The translations under genes were made by a program, and so were the position numbers. From IMG/VR virus record IMGVR_UViG_3300030330_001825, positions 1-42,715 of that record: a stretch of DNA of 42,715 bases, one strand, 5' to 3'. The notes under the pieces were generated by a model. The model had not been told where the DNA came from. It made no database searches and saw nothing but the letters and a program-made list of their open reading frames with translations. Below are positions 1 through 8,863 of this stretch, one piece after another (positions within the stretch are counted from its first letter, which is position 1; each line of letters begins with the position of its first letter). This DNA comes from a virus (Duplodnaviria; Caudoviricetes).

Positions 1-1
1 A

Positions 2-448
2 GAGTCCTCATCCTTCAGTAGACAAGCAAGTGTCTCCAACTTCTCATTGCGAGGAATTCAAAAACTCCCAGGATACACTAAAATAATTCAGAACTGGAAG
101 ATTACCAACTGGTCGTATGAATCACTTCTTACGGATCGCAAAGATGTATTCACATACTTAGATCCACCATATGACATCAAAGACAATCTTTATGGTAAGA
201 AGGGCAGTATGCACAACGGATTTAATCATGATGATTTTGCTTCCGACTGTGATAGATATGTTGGTCACCAACTTGTATCTTATAATTCTTCCAACTTAGT
301 TAAAGAAAGATTTGATGGATGGAATGCAGGTGAGTTTGATCTGACTTATACCATGCGCTCAGTTGGCGAATACATGCGTGAACAAAAAGATCGCAAAGAA
401 CTTTTACTTTATAATTATGGAATTGAAGGACTGGCTGAACTCAATTAA
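2..448 (+). CDS. dam: DNA adenine methyltransferase (Dam/D12 class), 5'-truncated by window
   Basis: Frame is open from base 2 (ESSSFSRQASVSNFSLRGI...). Catalytic motif IV YLDPPY; C-terminal RKELLLYNY. Confidence 0.9.
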   Translation, partial: ESSSFSRQASVSNFSLRGIQKLPGYTKIIQNWKITNWSYESLLTDRKDVFTYLDPPYDIKDNLYGKKGSMHNGFNHDDFASDCDRYVGHQLVSYNSSNLVKERFDGWNAGEFDLTYTMRSVGEYMREQKDRKELLLYNYGIEGLAELN

Positions 449-785
449 TTTTAGCAAGGAAGATTTAAGTGAGAACATTAGCTCTTACCCTCCATATATC
501 ATTAATCGTTGTCTGTCTGGGCACCTTGATTGCGTCATGTTCGCAAATGAGATGAATAAGTATAACTTTCTTGATAAAGATATGCAATATTCTTTTTATC
601 TAAATACTTTGAGGAAAAGAAAGAGATTCTCTCCCTGGCTCCGCAAGGATAAAGTCACGGACTTAGAATGTATCAAAAAATATTATGGATACAGTAATGA
701 AAAAGCATCTCAAGCTCTGAAAATCCTGACAAAAGAACAGATCAACTTTATTAAACAACGACTTGACATTGGAGGCGCTAAATGA
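417..785 (+). CDS. gp62: Clamp loader small subunit (T4 gp62-like)
   Basis: MELKDWLNSIN...YPPYIINRCLS...RKRKRFSPW...YYGYSNEKA; lies directly before regA as in T4-like phages. ATG at 417 preferred. Confidence 0.9.
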   Translation: MELKDWLNSINFSKEDLSENISSYPPYIINRCLSGHLDCVMFANEMNKYNFLDKDMQYSFYLNTLRKRKRFSPWLRKDKVTDLECIKKYYGYSNEKASQALKILTKEQINFIKQRLDIGGAK

Positions 786-1219
786 ATAACACTGTAGAAC
801 CTACAGTAGAATGGTCGCAAGACCAAATGGTGGAGGTACTTCTAAACGAACCTGATGATTTCCTTAAGGTGCGTGAAACACTAACTCGTATTGGTGTTGC
901 ATCCCGTAAAGAGAAGAAACTATATCAGTCTTGTCACATCTTGCATAAGCAAGGCAGATACTTCATCGTTCACTTTAAGGAACTGTTCGCACTAGATGGG
1001 AAACGGGCTAATCTTACTGTTAATGATGTACAGCGTAGGAACCGTATTACTCGTCTGCTTGCTGACTGGGGACTCATTACGGTAGTCAACCCAGACTCTG
1101 TTACCGATATTGCTCCACTGAATCAGATTAAAGTTCTTGCATATAAGGATAAGAACGACTGGATTTTGGAGCAGAAATATAATATTGGTAAAAAAGGAAA
1201 ACAGCAAGAAGAGAATTAA
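782..1219 (+). CDS. regA: Translational repressor RegA
   Basis: DDFLKVRETLTRIGVASRK...LYQSCHILHKQGRYFIVHFKELFALDG signature. Confidence 0.97.
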   Translation: MNNTVEPTVEWSQDQMVEVLLNEPDDFLKVRETLTRIGVASRKEKKLYQSCHILHKQGRYFIVHFKELFALDGKRANLTVNDVQRRNRITRLLADWGLITVVNPDSVTDIAPLNQIKVLAYKDKNDWILEQKYNIGKKGKQQEEN

Positions 1220-1227
1220 CATTATCT

Positions 1228-1261
1228 CCCCCGAAGGACTTGACACCTTCGGGGGTTTTTT
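1228..1261 (+). terminator. Intrinsic terminator after regA
   Basis: CCCCCGAAGG-acttgaca-CCTTCGGGGG stem followed by a T run. Confidence 0.85.
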
Positions 1262-1268
1262 ATATAAT
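1240..1268 (+). promoter_or_regulatory. Sigma70-type early promoter
   Basis: Perfect TTGACA(1240)-N17-TATAAT(1263); the -35 sits in the terminator loop. Confidence 0.85.
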
Positions 1269-1357
1269 ATAGAAGTAATTCAAACACATACACACATACC
1301 TCAGAAGTGATAACGAGGGTTGAGTTGCAAACCTAAAAAACCTACTTGTTTATAATC

Positions 1358-1624
1358 ATGTCCATGAAACCCACTTGTTCCACTACAGAAGCGTTTAGAC
1401 AGACTAAACCTACTGTCAGTCAGTACACTATGAATGCTATTGACATTCTCGATGAAGAATTCGGGGATGGGTATGCTAAAAAGAATCCAAACCTGGTCGC
1501 TGCTTTGGTCAACGCTCAAACTTTGGATTTTAACAACTGCTCGATGACCGCTGCTAATTATGAGATTGCAGAAAGTCTTCGTTCTCTTTCGATTGAATTT
1601 AACGAATTCCTGGCAACTAAATAA
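1358..1624 (+). CDS. Hypothetical protein
   Basis: 88-aa ORF from ATG 1358 (FGDGYAKKNPNLVAALV) downstream of its own promoter. Confidence 0.7.
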   Translation: MSMKPTCSTTEAFRQTKPTVSQYTMNAIDILDEEFGDGYAKKNPNLVAALVNAQTLDFNNCSMTAANYEIAESLRSLSIEFNEFLATK

Positions 1625-1704
1625 GTTTGCGATCTTTCGTGCGGTCGCTTCAAAAGTCGGAAACCCCCATAAGGAGGTGCGGTTACTACCGTATCTCCTT
1701 TTTT
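1618..1704 (+). ncRNA. Candidate small RNA (late promoter, hairpin, terminator)
   Basis: TAAATA at 1618; GCGATC..GGTCGC hairpin; terminator AAGGAGGTGCGGT-tact-ACCGTATCTCCTT-TTTT; no credible ORF. Confidence 0.4.
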
Positions 1705-1714
1705 CGTACTATGC

Positions 1715-1779
1715 TATAAATATATCGGATGCCTTCGGGGTCCACACAATCTAATCTCGCTTTAAAAAGGAGTAGTACA
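1715..1779 (+). promoter_or_regulatory. T4-type late promoter and structured hsp20 leader
   Basis: TATAAATA at 1715-1722; C(TTCG)G hairpin GGATGCCTTCGGGGTCC; CTCGCTTT facing the AAAAGGAG RBS. Confidence 0.7.
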
Positions 1780-2214
1780 ATGACTAATCTCGCACGATTC
1801 ACTGCGTCTGATCTTCCTGAGCTATTGGATAAGATCTCCAAAAATAGCATTGGGATGAATGAGTACCTAAATAGAGTGTTCGACTTACACGAAACAACGT
1901 CGAACTATCCCCCCTATAATTTGGTTCAAGTCAGTAATACGGAATCAAGACTTGAATTAGCACTCGCAGGTTTTAGAAAAGCAGAAGTAAATGTCTACAC
2001 ACAGGATGGAAAACTCTTCATCGAAGGACAGAAAGAAGACAAAGAAACAGGAACAAACTACATCCATAGAGGAATGGCTCAACGATCTTTCACCAGATCT
2101 TGGACCCTCAGTGATGAGACGGAAGTTAGATCAGTTGAATTTGAGGATGGGCTCTTAACAGTAGTCCTTGGAAGAATTGTTCCAGAATATCATAAGCGTA
2201 AGGACTGGTTCTAA
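1780..2214 (+). CDS. hsp20: Small heat shock protein
   Basis: SNYPPYNL, LELALAGF, YIHRGMAQRSFTRSW, FEDGLL (alpha-crystallin domain); AGGAG RBS. Confidence 0.96.
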   Translation: MTNLARFTASDLPELLDKISKNSIGMNEYLNRVFDLHETTSNYPPYNLVQVSNTESRLELALAGFRKAEVNVYTQDGKLFIEGQKEDKETGTNYIHRGMAQRSFTRSWTLSDETEVRSVEFEDGLLTVVLGRIVPEYHKRKDWF

Positions 2215-2279
2215 ATAGAACTGAATATCGTCGCCGCGAGGAGCGCCTGGCAAAATCCAGGTTGACTCCTCCTTTTTTT
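2212..2279 (+). ncRNA. Candidate small RNA / structured terminator after hsp20
   Basis: TAAATA at 2212; nested stem GAGGAG..CCTGG-caaaat-CCAGG..CTCCTC followed by T7. Confidence 0.45.
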
Positions 2280-2290
2280 GTTGATAGAAT
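2262..2290 (+). promoter_or_regulatory. Sigma70-type promoter
   Basis: TTGACT-N17-TAGAAT; the -35 forms a bulge of the terminator stem. Confidence 0.7.
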
Positions 2291-2309
2291 AGAGGAAAAT
2301 ACAAATCTT

Positions 2310-2489
2310 ATGACTAAAAGGCAATTTGTAAGTAGTAAAGGAGATACTTGGGAGTGGGAAGAAACTCCTGAATTATTGGCAGCATTGGAAGCAATGCGTC
2401 AAACAGAAAAGAGAAATGCAACCGAACGTCTTCATGCAGACATCCGTGAATTGGAACTGAAGGCACCTGACTATGGAGTTGGTAAATGA
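2310..2489 (+). CDS. Hypothetical protein
   Basis: MTKRQFVSSKGDTWEWEE...; ATGA overlap with the next gene. Confidence 0.7.
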   Translation: MTKRQFVSSKGDTWEWEETPELLAALEAMRQTEKRNATERLHADIRELELKAPDYGVGK

Positions 2490-2860
2490 CAATCAAACTC
2501 ATGATCTTAAAGTCTGGGGAAGAACTTATCTCTGACATTAATGAGATGGCTGTTGGTGAAGAAGACGATCAGAAAGTAATTGGTTATTTTCTTCGTAGAC
2601 CATGTTTGGTTAAGATGAAAAATCCTGGAGTCATTGATAAAAAGGACAGTAAAACAAAAGCAGGATTTGAAGTTTCTCTAATTCCTTGGATTGCACTTTC
2701 TGCAGATGAAGTTATTCCTATTCCTTCTGATTGGTTAGTGACTATGGTAAATCCAGTCGAACAATTAAAAACAATGTACATTGAGGATGTTTTAAGTTAT
2801 GGACAAGACGATCAAGGCGATTCTGCTGACGAACAACCAGATCCTGGTGAGTCAGATTGA
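2486..2860 (+). CDS. Conserved cyanophage protein, predicted Sm-like fold
   Basis: IKLMILKSGEELIS...LRRPCLV...LIPW...IPSDWLVTMVNP pattern. Confidence 0.7.
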   Translation: MTIKLMILKSGEELISDINEMAVGEEDDQKVIGYFLRRPCLVKMKNPGVIDKKDSKTKAGFEVSLIPWIALSADEVIPIPSDWLVTMVNPVEQLKTMYIEDVLSYGQDDQGDSADEQPDPGESD

Positions 2861-3059
2861 TGAAGTTCCGGCAGCAGTTCCTGGAGAACCAGACTGCAAA
2901 CTGACCAAACCTTTCGTCCTAACTAGTGATGGAATGTTAGAATCATGGATGATGACTGCCACACGGGATGAAGAATTTATGATCAGTTCTGACAAGATTC
3001 TGACTCTTGCAGAACCCACCCCAACACTAATCGAAAAATACGAGGACCTGACTAAGTAA
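2799..3059 (+). CDS. Conserved cyanophage protein, predicted Sm-like fold (paralog of the preceding gene)
   Basis: IKAILLTNNQILVS...LTKPFVL...LESW...ISSDKILTLAEP aligns by eye with the preceding ORF. Confidence 0.7.
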   Translation: MDKTIKAILLTNNQILVSQIDEVPAAVPGEPDCKLTKPFVLTSDGMLESWMMTATRDEEFMISSDKILTLAEPTPTLIEKYEDLTK

Positions 3060-3292
3060 TGGCACTATCAAAGAATACTCTAGATCATTTACTTGAAGCA
3101 GAATCCCATATTCGCGCAGCAGTTAAATCTGCTGCAGTAAATGAAAAACCCCTGGTTGTCAAACAACTAGCAGACTTGCTTCATGGTTTGGAGCAGTGTA
3201 AAAAGTTTGATGAAATCATGGATATGATTGATAATCGTGACCCTGGCAGCAGCGGTATGTTTGGTTCTTTTTTTAATGACGACGAGGAATGA
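3059..3292 (+). CDS. Hypothetical protein
   Basis: 77-aa ORF translationally coupled on both sides. Confidence 0.75.
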   Translation: MALSKNTLDHLLEAESHIRAAVKSAAVNEKPLVVKQLADLLHGLEQCKKFDEIMDMIDNRDPGSSGMFGSFFNDDEE

Positions 3293-5784
3293 AGTTTTAC
3301 ACTAATGTTCAGTTAATTGGCAATCAGTTTTTGGTTCGTGGAGTTGATAATGGTAATAGATTTGAGTTTAGGGATGAGTTCTTTCCTACACTCTTTGTAA
3401 AATCAAAAAAAGATACCCAATACAGAACATTAAATGGAGAAGTAGTAGAGGAAATTCATCCTGGCACTGTTCGGGATTGTCGTGAGTTTTACAAAAAATA
3501 TGATGAGGTTGATGGATTTGAGATCTATGGAAATGATCGATACATCTATCAATATATTTCTGAAAAGTATCCTGAAGATGAGATCAAGTTTGATATCAGT
3601 CAGATTAAACTGGTAACTCTTGATATTGAGACAACTGCAGAAAAAGGATTTCCTGATGTAGAGTCTGCATCGGAAGAGATCCTTGCGATTACGATTCAGG
3701 ATTACACCACTAAGCAGATTATTACATGGGGTGTAAAACCTTTTGCAAACAAGCAGAAGAATGTCACCTATCATCATTGTCATACCGAACATGAACTTCT
3801 TAGTCACTTCATCAATTATTGGATGCAGGATGTTCCTGATGTGGTGACTGGTTGGAATATTCAACTGTTCGATATTCCGTATATCTGTAAGCGTCTTAAC
3901 AGGGTGCTTGGAGAGAAGTTGATGAAGCGTTTCTCCAACTGGGGACTTGTGACTGAAGGAGAAGTTTATATTCAGGGTAGAAAGCAAATTACATTTGATG
4001 TAGGTGGACTGACTCAACTTGACTATCTTGATCTGTATAAAAAGTTCACCTATAAAGCACAAGAGTCATATCGTCTCGACTACATAGCAGAGGTGGAGTT
4101 AGGTCAAAAGAAACTTGATCACTCTGAGTTTGATACCTTTAAGGACTTTTATACCAAAGGGTGGCAGAAGTTTATTGAATACAACATTGTTGACGTAGAA
4201 CTTGTTGACCGATTGGAAGACAAGATGAAACTTATTGAACTTGCATTGACTATGGCCTATGATGCCAAAGTCAACTATGCAGATGTGTTCTACCAAGTTC
4301 GTATGTGGGACAACATCATCTACAATTATCTGAAGAAGCGGGATATTGTTATCCCTCCTAAGATTAGGTCTGACAAAAACGAAAAGTACGCTGGTGCTTA
4401 TGTCAAGGAACCGATTCCGGGAAAGTATGATTGGGTTGTCAGTTTCGACCTTAATAGTCTGTATCCTCATCTCATTATGCAATACAATATCTCGCCAGAG
4501 ACACTCTTGGACGAGAGACATCCCACAGCTACGGTTGATAGAATCCTTGAGGAAGAAATAAACTTTGAGTTGTTTAAAGATAATGCGGTGTGTGCTAATG
4601 GCGCGATGTATCGCAAGGATGTTCGTGGATTCCTACCAGAACTCATGGACAAGATGTATAATGAGCGGGTAATTTTCAAGAAGCGAATGCTTCAGGCAAA
4701 GCAGCAATATGAAAAGACCCCAACCAAAGCATTGGAGAAAGAGATCGCCCGTTGCAACAATATCCAGATGGCAAAGAAGATCTCACTCAACTCTGATTAT
4801 GGTGCTATCGGTAATCAGTATTTTAGGTACTATAAACTGGCCAATGCGGAGGCGATTACGCTTTCTGGTCAAGTCTCTATCCGTTGGATTGAGAAGAAAA
4901 TGAATGAATATCTAAATAAACTGTTGTCTACAACTGAAGAGGATTATGTTATCGCATCAGATACTGATTCGATATATCTTAACCTTGGACCTCTTGTTGA
5001 TAAATTTCTTAGTCACAAGTCTGGTGATAAAACTGCGGTTGTGGAGTTACTTGATAAGATCTGCGAAGATAAGTTTGAACCGTTCATCGAGAAGTCTTAC
5101 CAGAACTTGGCGGAATATGTTTCCGCATACGACCAAAAAATGCAAATGAAGCGTGAGAATATTGCTGATCGTGGTATCTGGACTGCGAAGAAGCGATACA
5201 TTCTTAATGTATGGAATAGTGAGGGTGTTGCATATGCAGAACCTAAACTGAAAATGATGGGCATTGAGGCAGTCAAATCTTCTACTCCTGCTCCATGTAG
5301 GAAGATGATTAAGGATGCTCTGAAGTTGATGATGACTGGAACTGAAGAAGATGTAATCGACTTTATTGATAAAAGTCGTGAAGAGTTCAAACAACTTCCG
5401 CCGGAACAAATTGCGTTCCCCCGATCAGTTTCTGATGTTGTGAAGTATAAATCTTCTTCTGACATCTATGCTAAGGGAACGCCTATTCATTGTCGTGGCG
5501 CACTTTTATATAATCACTATATCAAAAAGAATAAACTTGAGAACAAATACTCTTTGATCCAGAACGGAGAGAAAATCAAGTTTTGTTATTTAAAAAAACC
5601 AAACATCATCCATGAAAACATCATCTCTTTTATTCAAGATTTTCCACGCGAGCTTAATCTTGACAAGTACATCGACTATGACTTACAATTTGAAAAGTCC
5701 TTTGTCGAACCACTGAAAGCAATCCTTGATGCTATTGGATGGAATGTCGAAAAAACTGTAAACTTAGAACTATTTTTCTCCTAA
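3289..5784 (+). CDS. gp43: Family B DNA polymerase (T4 gp43-like)
   Basis: Exo I DIET, Exo II GWNIQLFD, motif A SFDLNSLYP, motif B KISLNSDYG, motif C SDTDS, KKRY. Confidence 0.99.
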   Translation: MKFYTNVQLIGNQFLVRGVDNGNRFEFRDEFFPTLFVKSKKDTQYRTLNGEVVEEIHPGTVRDCREFYKKYDEVDGFEIYGNDRYIYQYISEKYPEDEIKFDISQIKLVTLDIETTAEKGFPDVESASEEILAITIQDYTTKQIITWGVKPFANKQKNVTYHHCHTEHELLSHFINYWMQDVPDVVTGWNIQLFDIPYICKRLNRVLGEKLMKRFSNWGLVTEGEVYIQGRKQITFDVGGLTQLDYLDLYKKFTYKAQESYRLDYIAEVELGQKKLDHSEFDTFKDFYTKGWQKFIEYNIVDVELVDRLEDKMKLIELALTMAYDAKVNYADVFYQVRMWDNIIYNYLKKRDIVIPPKIRSDKNEKYAGAYVKEPIPGKYDWVVSFDLNSLYPHLIMQYNISPETLLDERHPTATVDRILEEEINFELFKDNAVCANGAMYRKDVRGFLPELMDKMYNERVIFKKRMLQAKQQYEKTPTKALEKEIARCNNIQMAKKISLNSDYGAIGNQYFRYYKLANAEAITLSGQVSIRWIEKKMNEYLNKLLSTTEEDYVIASDTDSIYLNLGPLVDKFLSHKSGDKTAVVELLDKICEDKFEPFIEKSYQNLAEYVSAYDQKMQMKRENIADRGIWTAKKRYILNVWNSEGVAYAEPKLKMMGIEAVKSSTPAPCRKMIKDALKLMMTGTEEDVIDFIDKSREEFKQLPPEQIAFPRSVSDVVKYKSSSDIYAKGTPIHCRGALLYNHYIKKNKLENKYSLIQNGEKIKFCYLKKPNIIHENIISFIQDFPRELNLDKYIDYDLQFEKSFVEPLKAILDAIGWNVEKTVNLELFFS

Positions 5785-5954
5785 TGGACCTCCCTATTAA
5801 CGATAAAGAACTTGCTACCATCGTCAGTGCATTGCGACTTGGTGGTGATGCAGCACTTTATCAAAAACTGACTAGAATCAAAGAGATTCGTGACGCCAAT
5901 CCTGGTGGTCCTTACAAAAAAATTGCCCGCGAAGAATTTGGATTTGTAATTTAA
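5784..5954 (+). CDS. Hypothetical protein
   Basis: MDLPINDKELATIVSAL...; TAATG coupling at both ends. Confidence 0.75.
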   Translation: MDLPINDKELATIVSALRLGGDAALYQKLTRIKEIRDANPGGPYKKIAREEFGFVI

Positions 5955-6958
5955 TGGATTTTCTGAAAGAAATTGTAAAAGAGATCGGTGATGACTACAC
6001 AAAACTAGCAGCAGACATCGATGAAACAGAACAATACGTGGACACAGGTTCGTACATTTTTAACGGACTTGTGTCAGGGAGTATATTTGGTGGTGTATCT
6101 GGGAATAAGATTACTGCCATTGCTGGCGAGTCTAGCACTGGAAAAACTTTCTTCAGTCTTGCTGTCGTCAAGAACTTCCTTGATGCTAACCCTGATGGTT
6201 ATTGTCTATATTTTGACACTGAAGCCGCTGTTAACAAATCTCTTATCGCAAGTCGTGGGATCGATCTAGAACGACTGGTTGTTGTCAATGTTGTTACAAT
6301 TGAAGAATTTAGGACCAAAGCACTGAAGGCAGTTGATATATACTTAAAAAAACCCGAAGACGAACGCAGACCTTGTATGTTTGTGCTAGACTCTTTGGGT
6401 ATGCTGTCCACAGAGAAGGAGATCACTGACGCACTGAACGACAAACAAGTTCGTGACATGACCAAATCTCAACTGGTCAAAGGTGCATTCAGAATGCTGA
6501 CTCTGAAACTGGGACAAGCAAACATTCCTATGATTGTTACGAATCACACCTACGATGTCATTGGCGCTTATGTACCTACAAAGGAAATGGGAGGAGGCAG
6601 TGGCCTCAAGTATGCAGCAAGTTCAATCATCTATCTCAGCAAAAAGAAAGAGAAGGATGGAACAGAAATCGTCGGAAATCTTATCAAGGCTAAGACTGCT
6701 AAGTCGCGTCTGAGTAAGGAGAACAAAGATGTTACGGTGCGTCTTTATTACGACGAGCGTGGTCTTGATCGATATTATGGTCTTCTTGAGTTGGGAGAGA
6801 TTGGTGGTCTCTGGAAAAATGTGGCAGGCCGTTATGAGATAGACGGTAAGAAAGTCTATGCCAAAGCAATCTACAAAGATCCAGAAGCATACTTCACTCC
6901 TGAAGTGATGGAGAAACTAGATGAGATTGCCAAGGAGGAGTTTAGTTACGGATCATGA
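5954..6958 (+). CDS. uvsX: RecA-like recombinase UvsX
   Basis: Walker A GESSTGKT, YFDTE, VLDSLG, MGGGSGLKYAAS. Confidence 0.97.
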   Translation: MDFLKEIVKEIGDDYTKLAADIDETEQYVDTGSYIFNGLVSGSIFGGVSGNKITAIAGESSTGKTFFSLAVVKNFLDANPDGYCLYFDTEAAVNKSLIASRGIDLERLVVVNVVTIEEFRTKALKAVDIYLKKPEDERRPCMFVLDSLGMLSTEKEITDALNDKQVRDMTKSQLVKGAFRMLTLKLGQANIPMIVTNHTYDVIGAYVPTKEMGGGSGLKYAASSIIYLSKKKEKDGTEIVGNLIKAKTAKSRLSKENKDVTVRLYYDERGLDRYYGLLELGEIGGLWKNVAGRYEIDGKKVYAKAIYKDPEAYFTPEVMEKLDEIAKEEFSYGS

Positions 6959-7497
6959 TCAAGATTCTAAAAACTGGAATCAACGTTGACAAAGTAGTTG
7001 AACAACTGAAGAAGTATCCTCAGGACTGGGACCATCAGAAAAATCTGAAGGACTCCCAGTCCTTAGTTGATAGAGGATTTGCAGACTTGCCAGTAAGTGC
7101 TCTTCAGCTTATAATAGGTGGGGTCAAACACAAGGATGACTTTGTGGGCGACTCCGAGATCAACATCAAAACACCTGCCTACTCTCATCACAGTGAGATC
7201 CGAAAGATCATACGCAAACAGTTTAAGAATGCGGATATTCATCGGTGCGGTTTTCTTTCCCTCCCTGTAGATGAGATTGTAGGAGCACATATAGACGAGG
7301 GAACTTATTATCTGAGCAGAAACAGATATCATCTTTCCATACTTGGAAGGTATCAATATTTCTGCGGCAAAGAAACTGTCATTGTTGAACCTGGAACTCT
7401 TCTATGGTTTAACAACAAACTACCTCATGGCACCGTCAACATCGGTGATGAGACACGCATCACATTTGTATTTGATATTCCGCATGGACAAAGTTGA
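6955..7497 (+). CDS. 2OG-Fe(II) oxygenase, aspartyl/asparaginyl beta-hydroxylase-like
   Basis: HxD (AHIDEG), RYHLSI, WFNNKLPHGTVN, RITFVFD. Confidence 0.85.
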   Translation: MIKILKTGINVDKVVEQLKKYPQDWDHQKNLKDSQSLVDRGFADLPVSALQLIIGGVKHKDDFVGDSEINIKTPAYSHHSEIRKIIRKQFKNADIHRCGFLSLPVDEIVGAHIDEGTYYLSRNRYHLSILGRYQYFCGKETVIVEPGTLLWFNNKLPHGTVNIGDETRITFVFDIPHGQS

Positions 7498-8863
7498 AAT
7501 TCTAATTCTAAGAAACCTTCTCTATAACGAAGAGTATCTTCGTAAGGTAATTCCTTTTATCAAGGCGGATTACTATGAAGACTCAAATCAAAGAATTGTG
7601 TTTGAGGAAATTGAGAAGTTTGTTCATGAATATAATCAACCTGCAACCAAAGAAGTTCTCTGTATTGAGGTAGAGAAGCGTCAGGACATTAATGACACTA
7701 CCTTTTCTGAGATTACAAAACTGATTAGTTATTTGGAAGATGTTCCAACTGACTATGATTGGTTGTGTGATACTACAGAGAAGTGGTGTAGAGATCGTGC
7801 CATTTATCTGGCACTAATGGAATCCATTGCTCTTGCAGATGGAAAAGACAAAGATAAAGATAGGGGTGCTATCCCTAGTATTCTGTCAAATGCATTGGCA
7901 GTTTCTTTTGATACAAATATCGGTCACGACTACCTGATTGATTATGAGCAAAGATACGAAGCGTACCACAAAAAAGAAGACCTCATCCCGTTCGACCTTG
8001 AGTACTTCAACAAGATTACGAAGGGTGGTCTCCCGAACAAGACACTTAACATTGCTCTTGCTGGCACTGGTGTCGGTAAAAGTTTGTTTATGTGCCATGT
8101 GGCATCTTCCGCACTCCTGGGAGGGAAAAACGTACTATACATCACGCTTGAGATGGCTGAGGAGAAAATTGCAGAGCGAATCGATGCTAATCTTCTCAAT
8201 GTGCCTATCCAGGAGATAACAGAACTTCCTAAGGTGATGTTTGAGGATAAGGTGACAAAACTTGCAAACAGAACCCAAGGATCCCTAATTATTAAAGAGT
8301 ATCCAACGGCATCTGCCCATGCAGGACACTTTAGGTCACTTCTTAATGAACTTGCACTTAAGAAGTCATTTAGACCTGATATTATTTTCGTTGATTACCT
8401 TAATATATGTGCTTCCGAACGGTATCGCGCAGGCAGTAATGTCAATTCATATACAGTTGTCAAGGCTATTGCTGAAGAACTTCGAGGACTTGCTTGCGAG
8501 GCAAACGTCCCTATCGTATCTGCCACCCAGACCACTCGTTCTGGTTATGGTAGCAGTGACGTTGAGCTTACTGACACTAGTGAGTCCTTTGGTCTCCCTG
8601 CTACTGCTGATCTTATGTTTGCCCTTATTTCAACTGAAGATCTTGAAGGACTCGGGCAAATTATGGTGAAGCAGTTAAAGAATAGGTATAATGATCCAAC
8701 CATTTTTAAACGATTTGTAGTTGGTATTGATCGTGCTAAGATGCGTCTCTATGATTGTGAACAGTCTGCACAGGATGACATCCTTGACAGTGGACAAGAA
8801 GAGGAGTATACTTATGAAGAACAAAAACCAAAGAAATCATTTGAGGGATTTAAGTTCTCATGA
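7484..8863 (+). CDS. gp41: Replicative DNA helicase (T4 gp41-like, DnaB family)
   Basis: AGTGVGKS, YITLEMAEE, FVDYLNI, SATQTTR, KQLKNRY; ATG 7484. Confidence 0.98.
   Translation: MDKVEILILRNLLYNEEYLRKVIPFIKADYYEDSNQRIVFEEIEKFVHEYNQPATKEVLCIEVEKRQDINDTTFSEITKLISYLEDVPTDYDWLCDTTEKWCRDRAIYLALMESIALADGKDKDKDRGAIPSILSNALAVSFDTNIGHDYLIDYEQRYEAYHKKEDLIPFDLEYFNKITKGGLPNKTLNIALAGTGVGKSLFMCHVASSALLGGKNVLYITLEMAEEKIAERIDANLLNVPIQEITELPKVMFEDKVTKLANRTQGSLIIKEYPTASAHAGHFRSLLNELALKKSFRPDIIFVDYLNICASERYRAGSNVNSYTVVKAIAEELRGLACEANVPIVSATQTTRSGYGSSDVELTDTSESFGLPATADLMFALISTEDLEGLGQIMVKQLKNRYNDPTIFKRFVVGIDRAKMRLYDCEQSAQDDILDSGQEEEYTYEEQKPKKSFEGFKFS

Noticed and set aside
2221-2279. glnA (glutamine) riboswitch
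   Set aside because: It begins ATCGT but lacks the CGTT...GGAAGTA...GAAGSAACG core I would expect.
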